A model generated the notes under the pieces. The model made no database searches and was not told where the DNA came from. It was given only the letters and a program-made list of their open reading frames with translations. A stretch of DNA of 64,000 bases from an uncultured virus (IMG/VR IMGVR_UViG_3300020190_000040) (Duplodnaviria > Heunggongvirae > Uroviricota > Caudoviricetes > Kyanoviridae). How positions within the stretch are numbered: the stretch's first letter is position 1; every line of letters begins with the position of its first letter. Both the position numbers and the translations under genes were made by a program. The DNA is taken from IMG/VR virus record IMGVR_UViG_3300020190_000040; one strand, given 5' to 3'. Shown here in pieces: positions 19,009-30,500 of this stretch.

Positions 19009-20669
19009 TATATACTCCTCACATTTTGCCAGCTTCCAAATGTAGAAGTCCCTTGTGGTTTTATTCTTACTTCAACATTTTGATTATTTACTTTTACTTC
19101 AACTGGTATTTCAGCATCTCCAGAAGGTCCGACTTCATTGCCGATTGTCACAGTTGTTGGACTAACTATATATTGAGTTGGAGTATTAGTTACTTGGTCA
19201 ATATCTGGATATGGATAATTTACTTCACTATTGCCAAAATCAAATTTTTCATTTATATTTGGTGCTCTTGTTGTGACATTAAAACTACCACTAGTAGTTC
19301 CCACTGTATAATTAATTGTTTTTTGATTTGTAAGTCCAGATTGACTAGTATTGAAAGGTAATGACGTAAATCTAAAATAAACTGGTTGACTATTTGTTAT
19401 ATAAATTGGATTACTCCAATTAGATTGATTAGTAGAAAAATCTACACCAGGAGAACTACTTTCTACTTTTGTTATCATATCAATTCCTGTTATTGGTCCA
19501 ACTTGAACTTGATATTGAACTCCTGATTCTAAACTACTTAAAGAAATTCCACTTGTGGTTGTAGATGGTATACTAAAACTACTAGGTGAATTATCATTAT
19601 ATACAGATACTGTTATTGGAGCTGTTGTCACGCTAAAACTATTAGCAAAAAGTCTTAATCTATAAATTTTTTGAGCAGGAGAAACGGAACCAGCAACAGA
19701 TTGAAGTCCTGTACTGAAAGTAACATTACCGTCTGGATTTAAGTTATCGTATAATACAAATGTAGATCCAGTAGATCCTTCTAATATTTGAACTTTTGTT
19801 GCATCTGTTGTATCCCAAGTTAGAGTAATGGTATTACTAGGAACGCCAGCAACGCCACTAGTTTGGGGATTTGGATTGGCAAAAAAAGTATTTAATTCTG
19901 GTGTAATAGCAGTATACTTTAACCTAATATATCCTGTTGTATTACCAGCACCAGCAGTATTACTTTGAGAAGTTAATGTGGTGACATTACTACGATATCC
20001 ACTAGAGCCACCGCCGCCGCCACTAGTTGAACGAGGGTTACAAAAATCACCACCACCTTGCCCTCCGCCGCCACCACTAGTTCCAGCTCCACCGCCGCCG
20101 CCAGATCCACCATCACCAGCCGCAGCATTACCACCACCGCCACCAGGAGCAATAGATAATGTTCCAGTTGTTGCAGTAAAAGTGCCGCCAGCGGACCCAC
20201 CCGATCCAGCAGTACATCCCATACCGCCACCACCGCCACCGCCTCCACCAGCAGCAACAATTATATAACTATTCGACAAGGAATCAAAAACTACACTAGC
20301 AGCGCCTCCACCACCACCAGCGCCAGAACTTCCAGTGCCGCCAGTAACACCACTATTGCCACCCTTGGCATTAATATTACTAGCGCCGCCTGTCGAGCTA
20401 CATCCTCCACATTGAGCAGGTCTTGCTTGACCTGCACCGCCAGGTAGAAGATTTAAATTTCTAGTAGTATAATCTGGTAAAGTAAAGACACCAACTCTGG
20501 CACCACCCCCTGGTTTCCCATTCCCCGCAGGGGGACCACCATCAGTACCTCCATTTCCACCTTCACCACCTTGAACTGTTAATTGAATATTAACAGCGTT
20601 TACTGGTATTGTTACATTTACGCTGGCACCAGCACTATTATAGGTTGTATCAAAATTAACTTGAGCCAT
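19008..20669 (-). CDS. Gly-rich adhesin-like virion protein, paralog 2
   Basis: Same architecture; CATAAATA late promoter at 20691-20698. Confidence 0.8.
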   Translation of the reverse strand: MAQVNFDTTYNSAGASVNVTIPVNAVNIQLTVQGGEGGNGGTDGGPPAGNGKPGGGARVGVFTLPDYTTRNLNLLPGGAGQARPAQCGGCSSTGGASNINAKGGNSGVTGGTGSSGAGGGGGAASVVFDSLSNSYIIVAAGGGGGGGGGMGCTAGSGGSAGGTFTATTGTLSIAPGGGGGNAAAGDGGSGGGGGAGTSGGGGGQGGGDFCNPRSTSGGGGGSSGYRSNVTTLTSQSNTAGAGNTTGYIRLKYTAITPELNTFFANPNPQTSGVAGVPSNTITLTWDTTDATKVQILEGSTGSTFVLYDNLNPDGNVTFSTGLQSVAGSVSPAQKIYRLRLFANSFSVTTAPITVSVYNDNSPSSFSIPSTTTSGISLSSLESGVQYQVQVGPITGIDMITKVESSSPGVDFSTNQSNWSNPIYITNSQPVYFRFTSLPFNTSQSGLTNQKTINYTVGTTSGSFNVTTRAPNINEKFDFGNSEVNYPYPDIDQVTNTPTQYIVSPTTVTIGNEVGPSGDAEIPVEVKVNNQNVEVRIKPQGTSTFGSWQNVRSI

Positions 20670-20693
20670 TACAGCACAATATTTTTTTATTAT

Positions 20694-22007
20694 TTATGGA
20701 ATAGTATTAGAACTTGTCAATGTTCCAGAAGATCTGGTAGAAAATAGTGTAGGAGTACTATTTGTAATAATTGATGTTCTGGTTGTGATAGATCCGAAAG
20801 GAATTTTTAGCAATCCTTGTCTTAAATATTTCCAGCTTCCAAACGTAGAAGTTCCAGCTGTTTTAATTCTAACTTGAGTTTCGCTGTTATCGGTAAGCAT
20901 CTCGGTTCCATATGGATTAGATAATTCAACATTGTCTACAACTATAGTTGATGGACTGGTTATATATTGAGTTGGAGTATTAGTTACTTGATCAATATCA
21001 GGAAATGGAAATGCTGTCATAGCATCGCCAAAATCAAATAATTCTTCTAGATTTGGTGCTCTAGTTATAACAGAAAAATACTTCCTTAGTGGTCCAATAT
21101 CAACATACAAAGATTTTGTATTTGTTAATGCTAAAGGACTTGTGTTAAAAGGTAAAGTGGTTGTTCTTAATAATAACGATTGCCCAGAAGATACTAAAAG
21201 AGAATTAGTCCAATTATTTCCATTTAAAGAAATTTCAACTCCCGAACTAACAGTTGATGTAGTTCCCATATCAATACCTGTTATTGGTCCAAATGACCAA
21301 ATGATTGTAGTGTTAGGTTCCTGGTCAATTTTAGATGGAACAGTATAATCATTCGGAACATTATCGCTATATGAAGAAACAGTTATGGTAGTGGATACGG
21401 ATTCATTAAGTTCATTTTTTACAACTAAAGTATATGTTCTTGTAGCAGGAGAATTAGTACCTACCGAAGATTGTGGTAAATTTGTAATATTTAAATTACC
21501 ACCTAAAGAACTAACATTCCACGTTTCTCCAGCACTACTAGTAATTGTAGCACTACCACCACTGCCATTAGTAGTTGACCACGTTAAAGTAGTTGTATAT
21601 TGAGGTGTGCCATTAGGGCTAATTTGTGGATTTGGAGAAGCAGAAAAAGAATTTATTACAGGAATTGGAACAAATACCTGCTGTGTGCCAGAAGCAGTTA
21701 ACTGAATAAAAAGTCTCTTATAAGTTCCTAGACAAGGGTCACCAAATGTACCATTAACAGGATTTACAGATCCCGAAGTCTTGCCGATAAAAGCATTAGA
21801 AACGACCCCAAAAGAAGATCCAGCATGACATCCACCGTAAGTAAAAGATCCACAAGATCCATTAGGAGTTCCATAGCTAGCAAAAACAACTGAAGTAAAT
21901 TTTGTTGAGTATGTAGCATTATTTGGGGCACTTAAAGATATTGATCCACATCCTTCACAATTAGTACCACAAACTGCGGTGGAATAAGGTACGGCTTTAA
22001 ATCCCAT
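20694..22007 (-). CDS. adhesin-like paralog 1 with N-terminal SUEL/Gal_lectin domain
   Basis: CEG..ISLSAP...FASYGTPNGSCGSF..GGCHA.SS...V...IGK..SV...TFGDPC.GTYKRL; shared C-terminal module. Confidence 0.8.
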   Translation of the reverse strand: MGFKAVPYSTAVCGTNCEGCGSISLSAPNNATYSTKFTSVVFASYGTPNGSCGSFTYGGCHAGSSFGVVSNAFIGKTSGSVNPVNGTFGDPCLGTYKRLFIQLTASGTQQVFVPIPVINSFSASPNPQISPNGTPQYTTTLTWSTTNGSGGSATITSSAGETWNVSSLGGNLNITNLPQSSVGTNSPATRTYTLVVKNELNESVSTTITVSSYSDNVPNDYTVPSKIDQEPNTTIIWSFGPITGIDMGTTSTVSSGVEISLNGNNWTNSLLVSSGQSLLLRTTTLPFNTSPLALTNTKSLYVDIGPLRKYFSVITRAPNLEELFDFGDAMTAFPFPDIDQVTNTPTQYITSPSTIVVDNVELSNPYGTEMLTDNSETQVRIKTAGTSTFGSWKYLRQGLLKIPFGSITTRTSIITNSTPTLFSTRSSGTLTSSNTIP

Positions 22008-22008
22008 A

Positions 22009-22902
22009 TCAAATTTTAATAATATATTCTACTAAAACATAAGGCATAATAACATTATCTAATTTTTTAACATTCTCTGTGGATAATTGTATAGTGCTAG
22101 TTAATCCGTCAGCAGAAATCGTTTGATTATCATTATACTTAAATTTAAATGTTGTGGCTGCTTTTAATTGAGTGGAAGTGGGAAAAAGTACTTGGTGGTT
22201 ATGACTAGGATTGTTAACAGCATTACTAGCTCCTTGTATTTGCTCTAAATTGTTAGATCCATCAGTTTTTCCACTATTAGATCCTGATCCACCATTGCTG
22301 GTCCAATTACTATCTTTCCATTTTCCTAGATATGTAAAAACTCCAACATCAGCATTATGACCATGAGCTTGAAAATTATCTTCTGTTAAAAAATCTAATG
22401 GAGAATATCCAGCATTATCAGATACAAAGAAAGGATTCCCACTGAAGTTTATATCAGTGGCTCCAGTAAGATTAAATGTACCAGCGTAAGTAATTGTTGC
22501 TGAACTTCCTACTAGAGAACTAACTTCAGTTTCTACTCCAACTTTTGATAGTGTAGTATCTTGAGCTGTTGTTAGATTTAGATATTGACCAGAAGCATTT
22601 GAGCATCTAATAAATTTTGATCCTAAATCTGGTAATTGAATAGAATCTGATGATATAGCGTTTGCTCCAGTAGTCACTTTAGCAAATCTACAACTGGTTC
22701 CAATTCCTATTACAGAAGCTAATATAGGAAACAAATCAGCTTTGTAAATAGTTCCATCACATCTCAAAAATCCAGCGGGAACATAGTTTTTCCAGTTTCC
22801 TTGATCTGGAAAATTTGTTGATGGAAGTTGTCTCATAAATGGAATAATAGTTCCAGTTGTACCACCAAATTTTGCCTTTTCTACTGAATAATATTTTGCC
22901 AT
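22009..22902 (-). CDS. tail-collar domain protein (baseplate/short fibre)
   Basis: TGTIIPF...PAGFLRCDG...FPILASVIG...LPDLG; HxH motifs; PYVLVEYIIK end. Confidence 0.8.
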   Translation of the reverse strand: MAKYYSVEKAKFGGTTGTIIPFMRQLPSTNFPDQGNWKNYVPAGFLRCDGTIYKADLFPILASVIGIGTSCRFAKVTTGANAISSDSIQLPDLGSKFIRCSNASGQYLNLTTAQDTTLSKVGVETEVSSLVGSSATITYAGTFNLTGATDINFSGNPFFVSDNAGYSPLDFLTEDNFQAHGHNADVGVFTYLGKWKDSNWTSNGGSGSNSGKTDGSNNLEQIQGASNAVNNPSHNHQVLFPTSTQLKAATTFKFKYNDNQTISADGLTSTIQLSTENVKKLDNVIMPYVLVEYIIKI

Positions 22903-22903
22903 T

Positions 22904-24538
22904 TTAGTATGCTCTAATTAAATTGGTTATAGCTAAAGATGCTGTAGGTATAGTAAAAATAATTTGAAATGCTCCAGGAACACTATCTGGAGTTACATTA
23001 GGTACAACATTAGCAGCTATCGAATCTGGAATAAAAAGATTACCATTATCATATGTAACATTAAGACTCCCTTGGTGATCATGACATTGAATAACATCTA
23101 AAACAGTAAAATTTGTTCTTACTGTTTTAGTAAAACTAGTAGCAGCATTATTGAACATGACCGTTGTTGGTGCTACTGTATTATCACTACCTAATCCAGC
23201 TGCTAAACCATCATCATAGTTTATATAGAAATTTACTGACTTATCATCACTAAAAGGAATATAAGTTCCTTCACGAATTTTTCCATCGAGCCTTAGTTGT
23301 TCCAAAGCATTACCAGCAGAACTGACATTTCCATTTCCATCTCTTAATTTTTTAGCATCAGTAAACCATCCTTTACCAACGCCATGGGCACCACTAGATG
23401 TAAATAAAGCTGTATGAGTTCTAGCAGGTAATGTACCAGCGATAGATGCTAGAGCATATCTACCAACCCCAGGTTCAAATGGAGCACTGACTGTAATTGT
23501 TCCATCTGTTTGTGAACTTCCCCAAACATTATATCCCTCAAGGCGACCACCTTGACCACAAGCTTGTACTTCTCTGGCACAGAAAATACCTACAGCTGGA
23601 AACAAACAATGGGCAAGTTCACCAATCACAATTTGTGGACTATCAAAAACACCAACACCTTGTCCTGGATTATCAGAAACATCATTTTTGTTAATACTTA
23701 AATATGATCCAGGGTGAAGATGCTGAGGCATATGTTGCCTTCCTAACTTCCTAGGAACAATATAGATTGGTGTAATATCAAAACCTGGAGTAAATTTTAA
23801 TTTATTTCCATCAGTATTTTTAATAGTTCCCTGAAAAAATCCATTGCCAACAGATGTAACAGTAATTGTGACATTATTAGCAGTTGAATTACCACCAATC
23901 AAATTAAATGGTATTGTTAAAGTATTTCCAGAGACATAACCAGATCCTTTTTGTTTTAAAATGACAGTATATGTTTGGTTGGTATTTTTTACTACATTAA
24001 AAAATGCTCCTGTACCAGTTCCTGATGTAGTAGTAGCAGGGACATTAGAAAATAAAGTTGTAGTCGTACTAGTTGGAGCAGTTCCAGTGAAAGTAAAAGT
24101 ATTAATAATACCATCTGGATCTGGGGTATAAGTAAAATTCAAATCAGTTGTGGCATAAACTGTTTGTGGTGGTCCCAAATCTCCTTCAGTTCCAACATAT
24201 GATGCCACTACACTAGCAGCGGTTGGAGTATCTACATTAATTGTTGGTTGTGATAGTGTATTACTTGAAAAATATGCAACAGAAATATCTGCTAGTGATT
24301 TTTGGTTTACAGTTGGTAATTTAAATGTACCAGTATAATTTGGAAATGTACCTCCAAAACCTAGTCCACCATATGTGTCTTTTAATACTCTTGCTAGAAG
24401 CGGGAATTCATATGCATTTAATTCCGCTCCATTACACAAAAGCCAACCTTTCGGAATCCTAGTTAATGACCCACCCCAAGGAACTAAAGATCCTATGGGT
24501 TGAGCTTCAGCAGTACGTACTGTGTTATAACTTGCCAT
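22904..24538 (-). CDS. tail-collar domain protein
   Basis: PIGSLVPW...PKGWLLCNG...FPLLARVLKDTYG...FKLP. Confidence 0.8.
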   Translation of the reverse strand: MASYNTVRTAEAQPIGSLVPWGGSLTRIPKGWLLCNGAELNAYEFPLLARVLKDTYGGLGFGGTFPNYTGTFKLPTVNQKSLADISVAYFSSNTLSQPTINVDTPTAASVVASYVGTEGDLGPPQTVYATTDLNFTYTPDPDGIINTFTFTGTAPTSTTTTLFSNVPATTTSGTGTGAFFNVVKNTNQTYTVILKQKGSGYVSGNTLTIPFNLIGGNSTANNVTITVTSVGNGFFQGTIKNTDGNKLKFTPGFDITPIYIVPRKLGRQHMPQHLHPGSYLSINKNDVSDNPGQGVGVFDSPQIVIGELAHCLFPAVGIFCAREVQACGQGGRLEGYNVWGSSQTDGTITVSAPFEPGVGRYALASIAGTLPARTHTALFTSSGAHGVGKGWFTDAKKLRDGNGNVSSAGNALEQLRLDGKIREGTYIPFSDDKSVNFYINYDDGLAAGLGSDNTVAPTTVMFNNAATSFTKTVRTNFTVLDVIQCHDHQGSLNVTYDNGNLFIPDSIAANVVPNVTPDSVPGAFQIIFTIPTASLAITNLIRAY

Positions 24539-24539
24539 A

Positions 24540-27500
24540 TTAGATTTCCATTAACCACCAACCTTGTTGTGTTGATGGAGCACCTGTGGTTGTTCCATCA
24601 TAATTAGTAGAACCAATGAAAATTAATCCAAGAGCAGCATTAGGTGTTTGGATAATTAGTTCGCCACCATTATATGTAGATCCTGGATCTGGCGTACCAC
24701 CAGAATTAGTTCCGTCGCCTTGTATTCTAGTTCCTGTTGGGCATCTAAATTTGAGTGAAACATTATAAGTCAGTAAACCACCGACATCAACAATTCTTAT
24801 CATGTCACCAGTTGTGGGAGTTAATGGCAATTTGATGACCGTATTAGCAGAAGGAGCAACAAAATAGTTTATATTTGATTGTACCTCAATTATTTCGGCG
24901 CCTCCACTAGCGTAAATCCACTTTCTAGCACCAGAAGGAGTAAAGAATCCAGTCTGATTAGCATAGTCAATAGATCCAGTATTATTAATTTTAAAGATAT
25001 TTGTTTCGACATTGCCGACGAGTTTACTTACTGTTAGATCACCACCAGTTAATTTAATGTCGCCAACGAATACATTTTCACCAGTTCCGCTAGCAGTAAG
25101 TGTCCCGCTGATTGTTAAATTACCACTAGAATTTTGTAGAGTTAATCTATTAGTTGTTCCGTCAGAAGCAGTAATAGTTAGATTGCCACCTTTTAACAAG
25201 GTATTTCCTGACGATCCAGTAACTACAAACTTATCATAGAGAGTTCCACCGACACCCAAATTGCCAGCAATAGATGTATTGCCATTAGCACTATCAACTA
25301 CAAAATTATTAACTGTAGTACCATCAGTGATGATAAGTCTATCTGTATTTGCTGTAGTTGATCCAGAAAGCGTTAGATTTTTATATACTGTAGTATTACC
25401 ATAGATGCTGGTGTTACCAGTAGTAGATTCAACAACAAACAATTCTGTAGCTGGGGTTCCACCATCATTGACAACAAATTTTTGTACTGATGTTTCCGTT
25501 ACACCATTAACAAAAGTTAATTCACCTAAGTATCCTTCAGCATTAGCAGAAAGTCTAAAGATATCACCAACAGTAACAGTTCCGCTAAACGTTCCAGTGG
25601 TAGCATTTTGTAGAGTTCCTGGTGTAGGAGCATTCAAAGTTGTTGTCAGGAAACTAACAGTTTTTGATAGGTTATATCTAACAAGAATAGCATTATCTGG
25701 GTGATCATGTCTTAAGAACTTGTAACCGCTAGGAGCATTGTTATCAACAACCATTCCACCAGAAGAAGTTAATTGGTTTCTTGCTCTCTTAACTGTAATT
25801 CTTAAGGATGGAGGAGACGTAATATTATTAATATTTGTAATTTCAACAATTTCAAGAAGCTCACTATATTGTTCTCCAACTGGAGACACTGTAGTATTTT
25901 GACCAGTAACTGCTACTGATCTGTCAATTAATAAGTAAGCACCAACTTCATATTCTAACGAAGTTGCTACTTCACCTATGGGTAAGAAATAAGTTTCTGG
26001 ATCAGTAGTAGATACTTTCCATGTAGTATTTCCATATGTAGCTGCTCCTTCAGTATCAATTGTTTTATTAATTGGCTGTCTCTTATAGAGATCAATATTG
26101 AAAATTGTTGTGTTGTTGCCAGCAGTATGTGTTTGTGTTGGAACACTAAAAGAACCTCTTCTTAACTGGAATGAACCAGAATTAAGACCACCCAATAATG
26201 TGGTGTCTCCATTCATTGTGGTATTAGCAAGAATAGTTAATGAATTTTGTACTGTTGTATTGCCACCTAGAGCACCGATATTTACAGTAGAAGCAGCAGT
26301 AGCAAGATTAACTTTTGATGTGGTAATAGTTAAGAAATCTACTTGCTGAGCATTTGATTGTAATCTAGCAATACCAGTAGCAGTAGCTAAACCTTTACCA
26401 AAAGAAACATCGCCATCAAAATGAGCATATCTGTTATAAACTTTCAATATGCTACCATTTATCAAGCTGTCACTATTCTTAGAATAAGCACCACCAATTC
26501 TTACAACACTAGTACTGTTTGTATTTGTATTATTAGCAGTTCCTAAGGAAATTACAGAACTTGTTGTTGAAGAATGGATGTTTAATACACCAGTAGTACT
26601 AAAGGCACCAATGTTAAAGGTAGAATTAGAAGCAATATTACCAAAATTCACTACTTGTGTACCAGTAGTTACGCTGGCAATATTAAGATTATTAGCACCA
26701 TCAAAAGCATTTACATCAGTTGGTGTTGTAGTAAGATTAAAGAATGTCGAAGTAGTTGTTAAAGATCCGCCATTTACTTCAAGATTTGCTTGTAATCTAA
26801 CATCTTGAGTAATTCTAGCATTACCAATAACAACAAATGTTCTATCTAAATCTGTTGATACAGTTCCATTAAATGTTGTGTTAATACCAAATCTACCATT
26901 ATTTGTGGTCATCACACGTAACGTGGAAGCATTATTTGGTGCTGAACTATCACCACCAACTAAGAAAGCATTATTTTGAGTTAAGAATGTTCTAGCAGCA
27001 AGAGTTGGATTAGCAGTAAAATTATTTGGACTCGTTGCTAAAGTTTTACCACTAATAAAAGCAGTACCAACAATATCAAGATTGGCTCTTGGTTTTACAG
27101 CCTCAGAAACAAATCCATTAATTTGATCTCCACCAGTACCGTGGGATGCTCTAGCAAGAGTATTAATCCCCAATCTAAAATCACCATAATTGTCAGTATT
27201 TGTTCTTAGTGCTTCCGCTCCTAGAACACCAACTTCTTTCCAAGAATTCCTAGAAATTTCAATTGTAGATCCAGTAATAACAGTAGGATCATTAGGACTT
27301 GTAGAAATAACAAATGGAGTTGTTACTGTAAATGTGCTAGCAGTTTTGTCAGTTACTGTTCTAATTCCATTTACATTAGTAAATCTTCCAGTTAATCCGC
27401 CAATTCTTAAAGTAGAACCGACTACAATATTTACAGCAGCATCAGTTGTACTGACTCCAGCTTGAAGATTAAATCTAACTAAGTTATTTCCTAAAGCAGT

Positions 27501-30500
27501 TACAGTAAATACACTGCTTGTGATATCGCTATAGAAATTACTAAATACCCACGCTAATGATCCAGTAGATCCAATTTCTTTACCTTTCAGAAGTATATCG
27601 CCTGGTTTAGGTCCACTTGTTCCAAACTGTATAGCAAGACCTAATGTACTTAGTTCTTGATTTGGGGTGTGGTTGGAAGGTGTATTACCATTTGTTTGGT
27701 CAACATGAGTTCTAATACTGTAATCTTGACCACTCAGTAAAGTATTGCCTCTAGGATTTAAATTGTAAACACCAGCCCAAATTTGATTTTTATGTAGGAC
27801 AATATCTCCACCTGAAGGTATTGAACTTAGATCAAATGCTTGTCCATCTAAGGATATATCATCCCCAGCAATTGAAGAAACATTAGATACGACAGTAAGA
27901 GCGTTTGGTTCGTTTGCTTCAACATTAATAGTAACTGGATTATTGAAATTAGCGTTACCATCAACTGTAATATCTTTTTCAAATACTACAGGAAGTTCAA
28001 AAGTGGTTACAAGACCACCAATATCGCCAGTTTCATCAGCAGAATCTGCTAATACAGCTCTTTCTAGATATGTTTCTTCTCCCGTAATGGCGTTGATTTT
28101 ACGGTTACCAATATAGAGATCACCATTAGAGTTTAGACCAGTATAGAATACAATACCACCATCTTCTTTCTTCGATTGAGCATAAAAATCTTGAATATCA
28201 GAAAGAACGACTTCTTGGCGTAGTGGGAAACCAGTTGAGTAGTTACCAGGACCGAATCCAAGATATTCAAACGTGTGGTTACCAGAACGAGCAATCGATG
28301 GTCTACGAAGTTCTACATAAAGTTTTCCTTCTGTTGGATATGGTGAATCTCCACAGATAGGAATTTTTCTATCTTCAGATCCAGATACAGCGTTACCTTC
28401 CTGTGCCTTGATTGCATTTGTTACATAATCATATCTAGATAAAGATGGATTTTCAATTAAATCTAATACAGATTCTTTAGTTTCACTGTTCTTGTAATCG
28501 TTTGTTGTTACTAGACCATGTACATAATTATTGGCGGCACAAACAGTAGGAGGAGTATCTATAATAGAAGTATCTCTAGATCCATCTTGTTTAATTTGGA
28601 ACCACAATGGATCATTCTTATAATTTAATGGGTATAGTTGTGAAATTGGTTGAGAGAACTTATAATATCTAAAGTTTTCCCCAACTCCAGCACCAGTAGG
28701 ATATGGACTGATATTTCCTTTTACTACTGTTAGATAGTAAATTCCAGATTGTTGATTTGGAATTCTTCTTTGAATCTCATTAATATCAAAAATATAGAAT
28801 GTATCTTCAATTTCTCCAGCATCTTCTACAGAAAGAACACGATATTGTACGCTATCATCATCCTCGATAATATCGCCAGGTGTAACAGTTAATACGTTAG
28901 CATCTTTATTGCTATAAAGGTAATCTGCTTTAGCAGATTTACTTAAAGAATTATCAGTACTGCCTACACTGTTTTCTTTAGCAGCAAGATTAGCATAAAT
29001 TAAAACTGGATTGTTATTACTATCAAAAGTTGGATTTCCGTTTTGATCTAATACTGGTTGTGAGAATTTTGTAGTTATTAAAGAATTATAAGGAATAATT
29101 TTATTATCGTCAATATTTTTGATAATTAAATAATGTTTACCAGTTTCCTGAACATTAAAGTATCCTTGTAACCATCCACCACCACTTGAATAACCGCTCC
29201 AATTGATTCTACTTAGATCTGTTGTTGTAGAAGCATTTATTCTGAAGCTTCCTCCCTGTGGAGCGGTAATCTCAACTGTAGTAAATTTATCATTTTTAAG
29301 AGCATCATTAGTAATTGTGTGATCAAATACTGTAAGTTCTAGTAAATCCGTGCCGCTAATATTTACTTTTCTAGCAGATTGGATCGTAAATCCAATTTTA
29401 CTTGCTGTTTTATCACTGGTAATTACTTTAGACTGACCTGAGTTATAAGGATCGTAATCAAAATTAGCATTTAATTCTGATGAAGTTAATCCTAATTGCT
29501 GGGTAATTGTTCCTCCCGTTGGGTTTGGAATTTCAGTTTCAAAATAAGCAACGTTTGGACTACCACTAGCAACTTTCTTAAGAATAATTTTCTGTGGTAG
29601 AAGTTTTCTAGTTTCGTCAGTTCTTGCTTTGATAACAAATCCTCTTAAAGGATCTCTAACTCCTTCAGCATATTCTGGGATTACATAACGTAATCTATAA
29701 ATTCTATCAGCAGCTGTTCTAGAATCAGTAAGTCTCTTATAGAAAGTATTCTTACTTCTTTCGTCTTTTACTGTAGCACCTAGTTCATGTAATCTTTTTA
29801 AAATATTATATTGTTCTGTAGTTTCGTCTTTAACATTTATGTACCACAAACCAGTTCTGGTTATATTAGTAGAAGTTTCAATAACTTGAGCAGTAACATC
29901 AAATCTAACTGGACTTACTCTTTTATCAGCAAATACATAGAAATCTTTACCAAATCCAGAAGTAAATGTTACTCTAGGTGTTCCAGCAAGAGCTTCAGCA
30001 GCTGTTGTATGTACGCTAAATGTCTTAGAAGAAACATATCTTACATAGTAATATTCAGTTGTTGATACTGGAGAACTTACACCGTTAACTGTGATTTGTG
30101 GTAATTGAGAATCTGCTGGATCACCAAATGTTCTAAAGAAAATTTTCTGAACTTGATTAATATTTCCAGGAGTATCAAAGATATGAGGAATATCTGTTTT
30201 AATTACATCAGTTTGCCCAGCGGTAAAATTACAGGTGTATTTGTGTAAATTATAAGTTTCATCGAGAGTATATTGCTGTAATTCGATTTCAACATTTTGA
30301 TCAACAGAATCAGTTTCAGAAGAATAAATGTAAATACCAGCAGCAGCATTTTCTTTTGTGCTAGCAAGCATCAGTTTAGTTGATGCGGTAGGTCCAAAAA
30401 TATTTGGATATATAGCGTCATCAGCATAATTTTCTGGGTATGTTCCACGCCCAGGAGCAATTACATAATAGATTGTATTTGTATCAAATCCTCTTGGAAG

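Noticed and set aside
18656..20268. Pro-rich plus-strand ORFs (also 46823-47209 and 49576-50055)
   Set aside because: Antisense reading of poly-Gly/Ala codons
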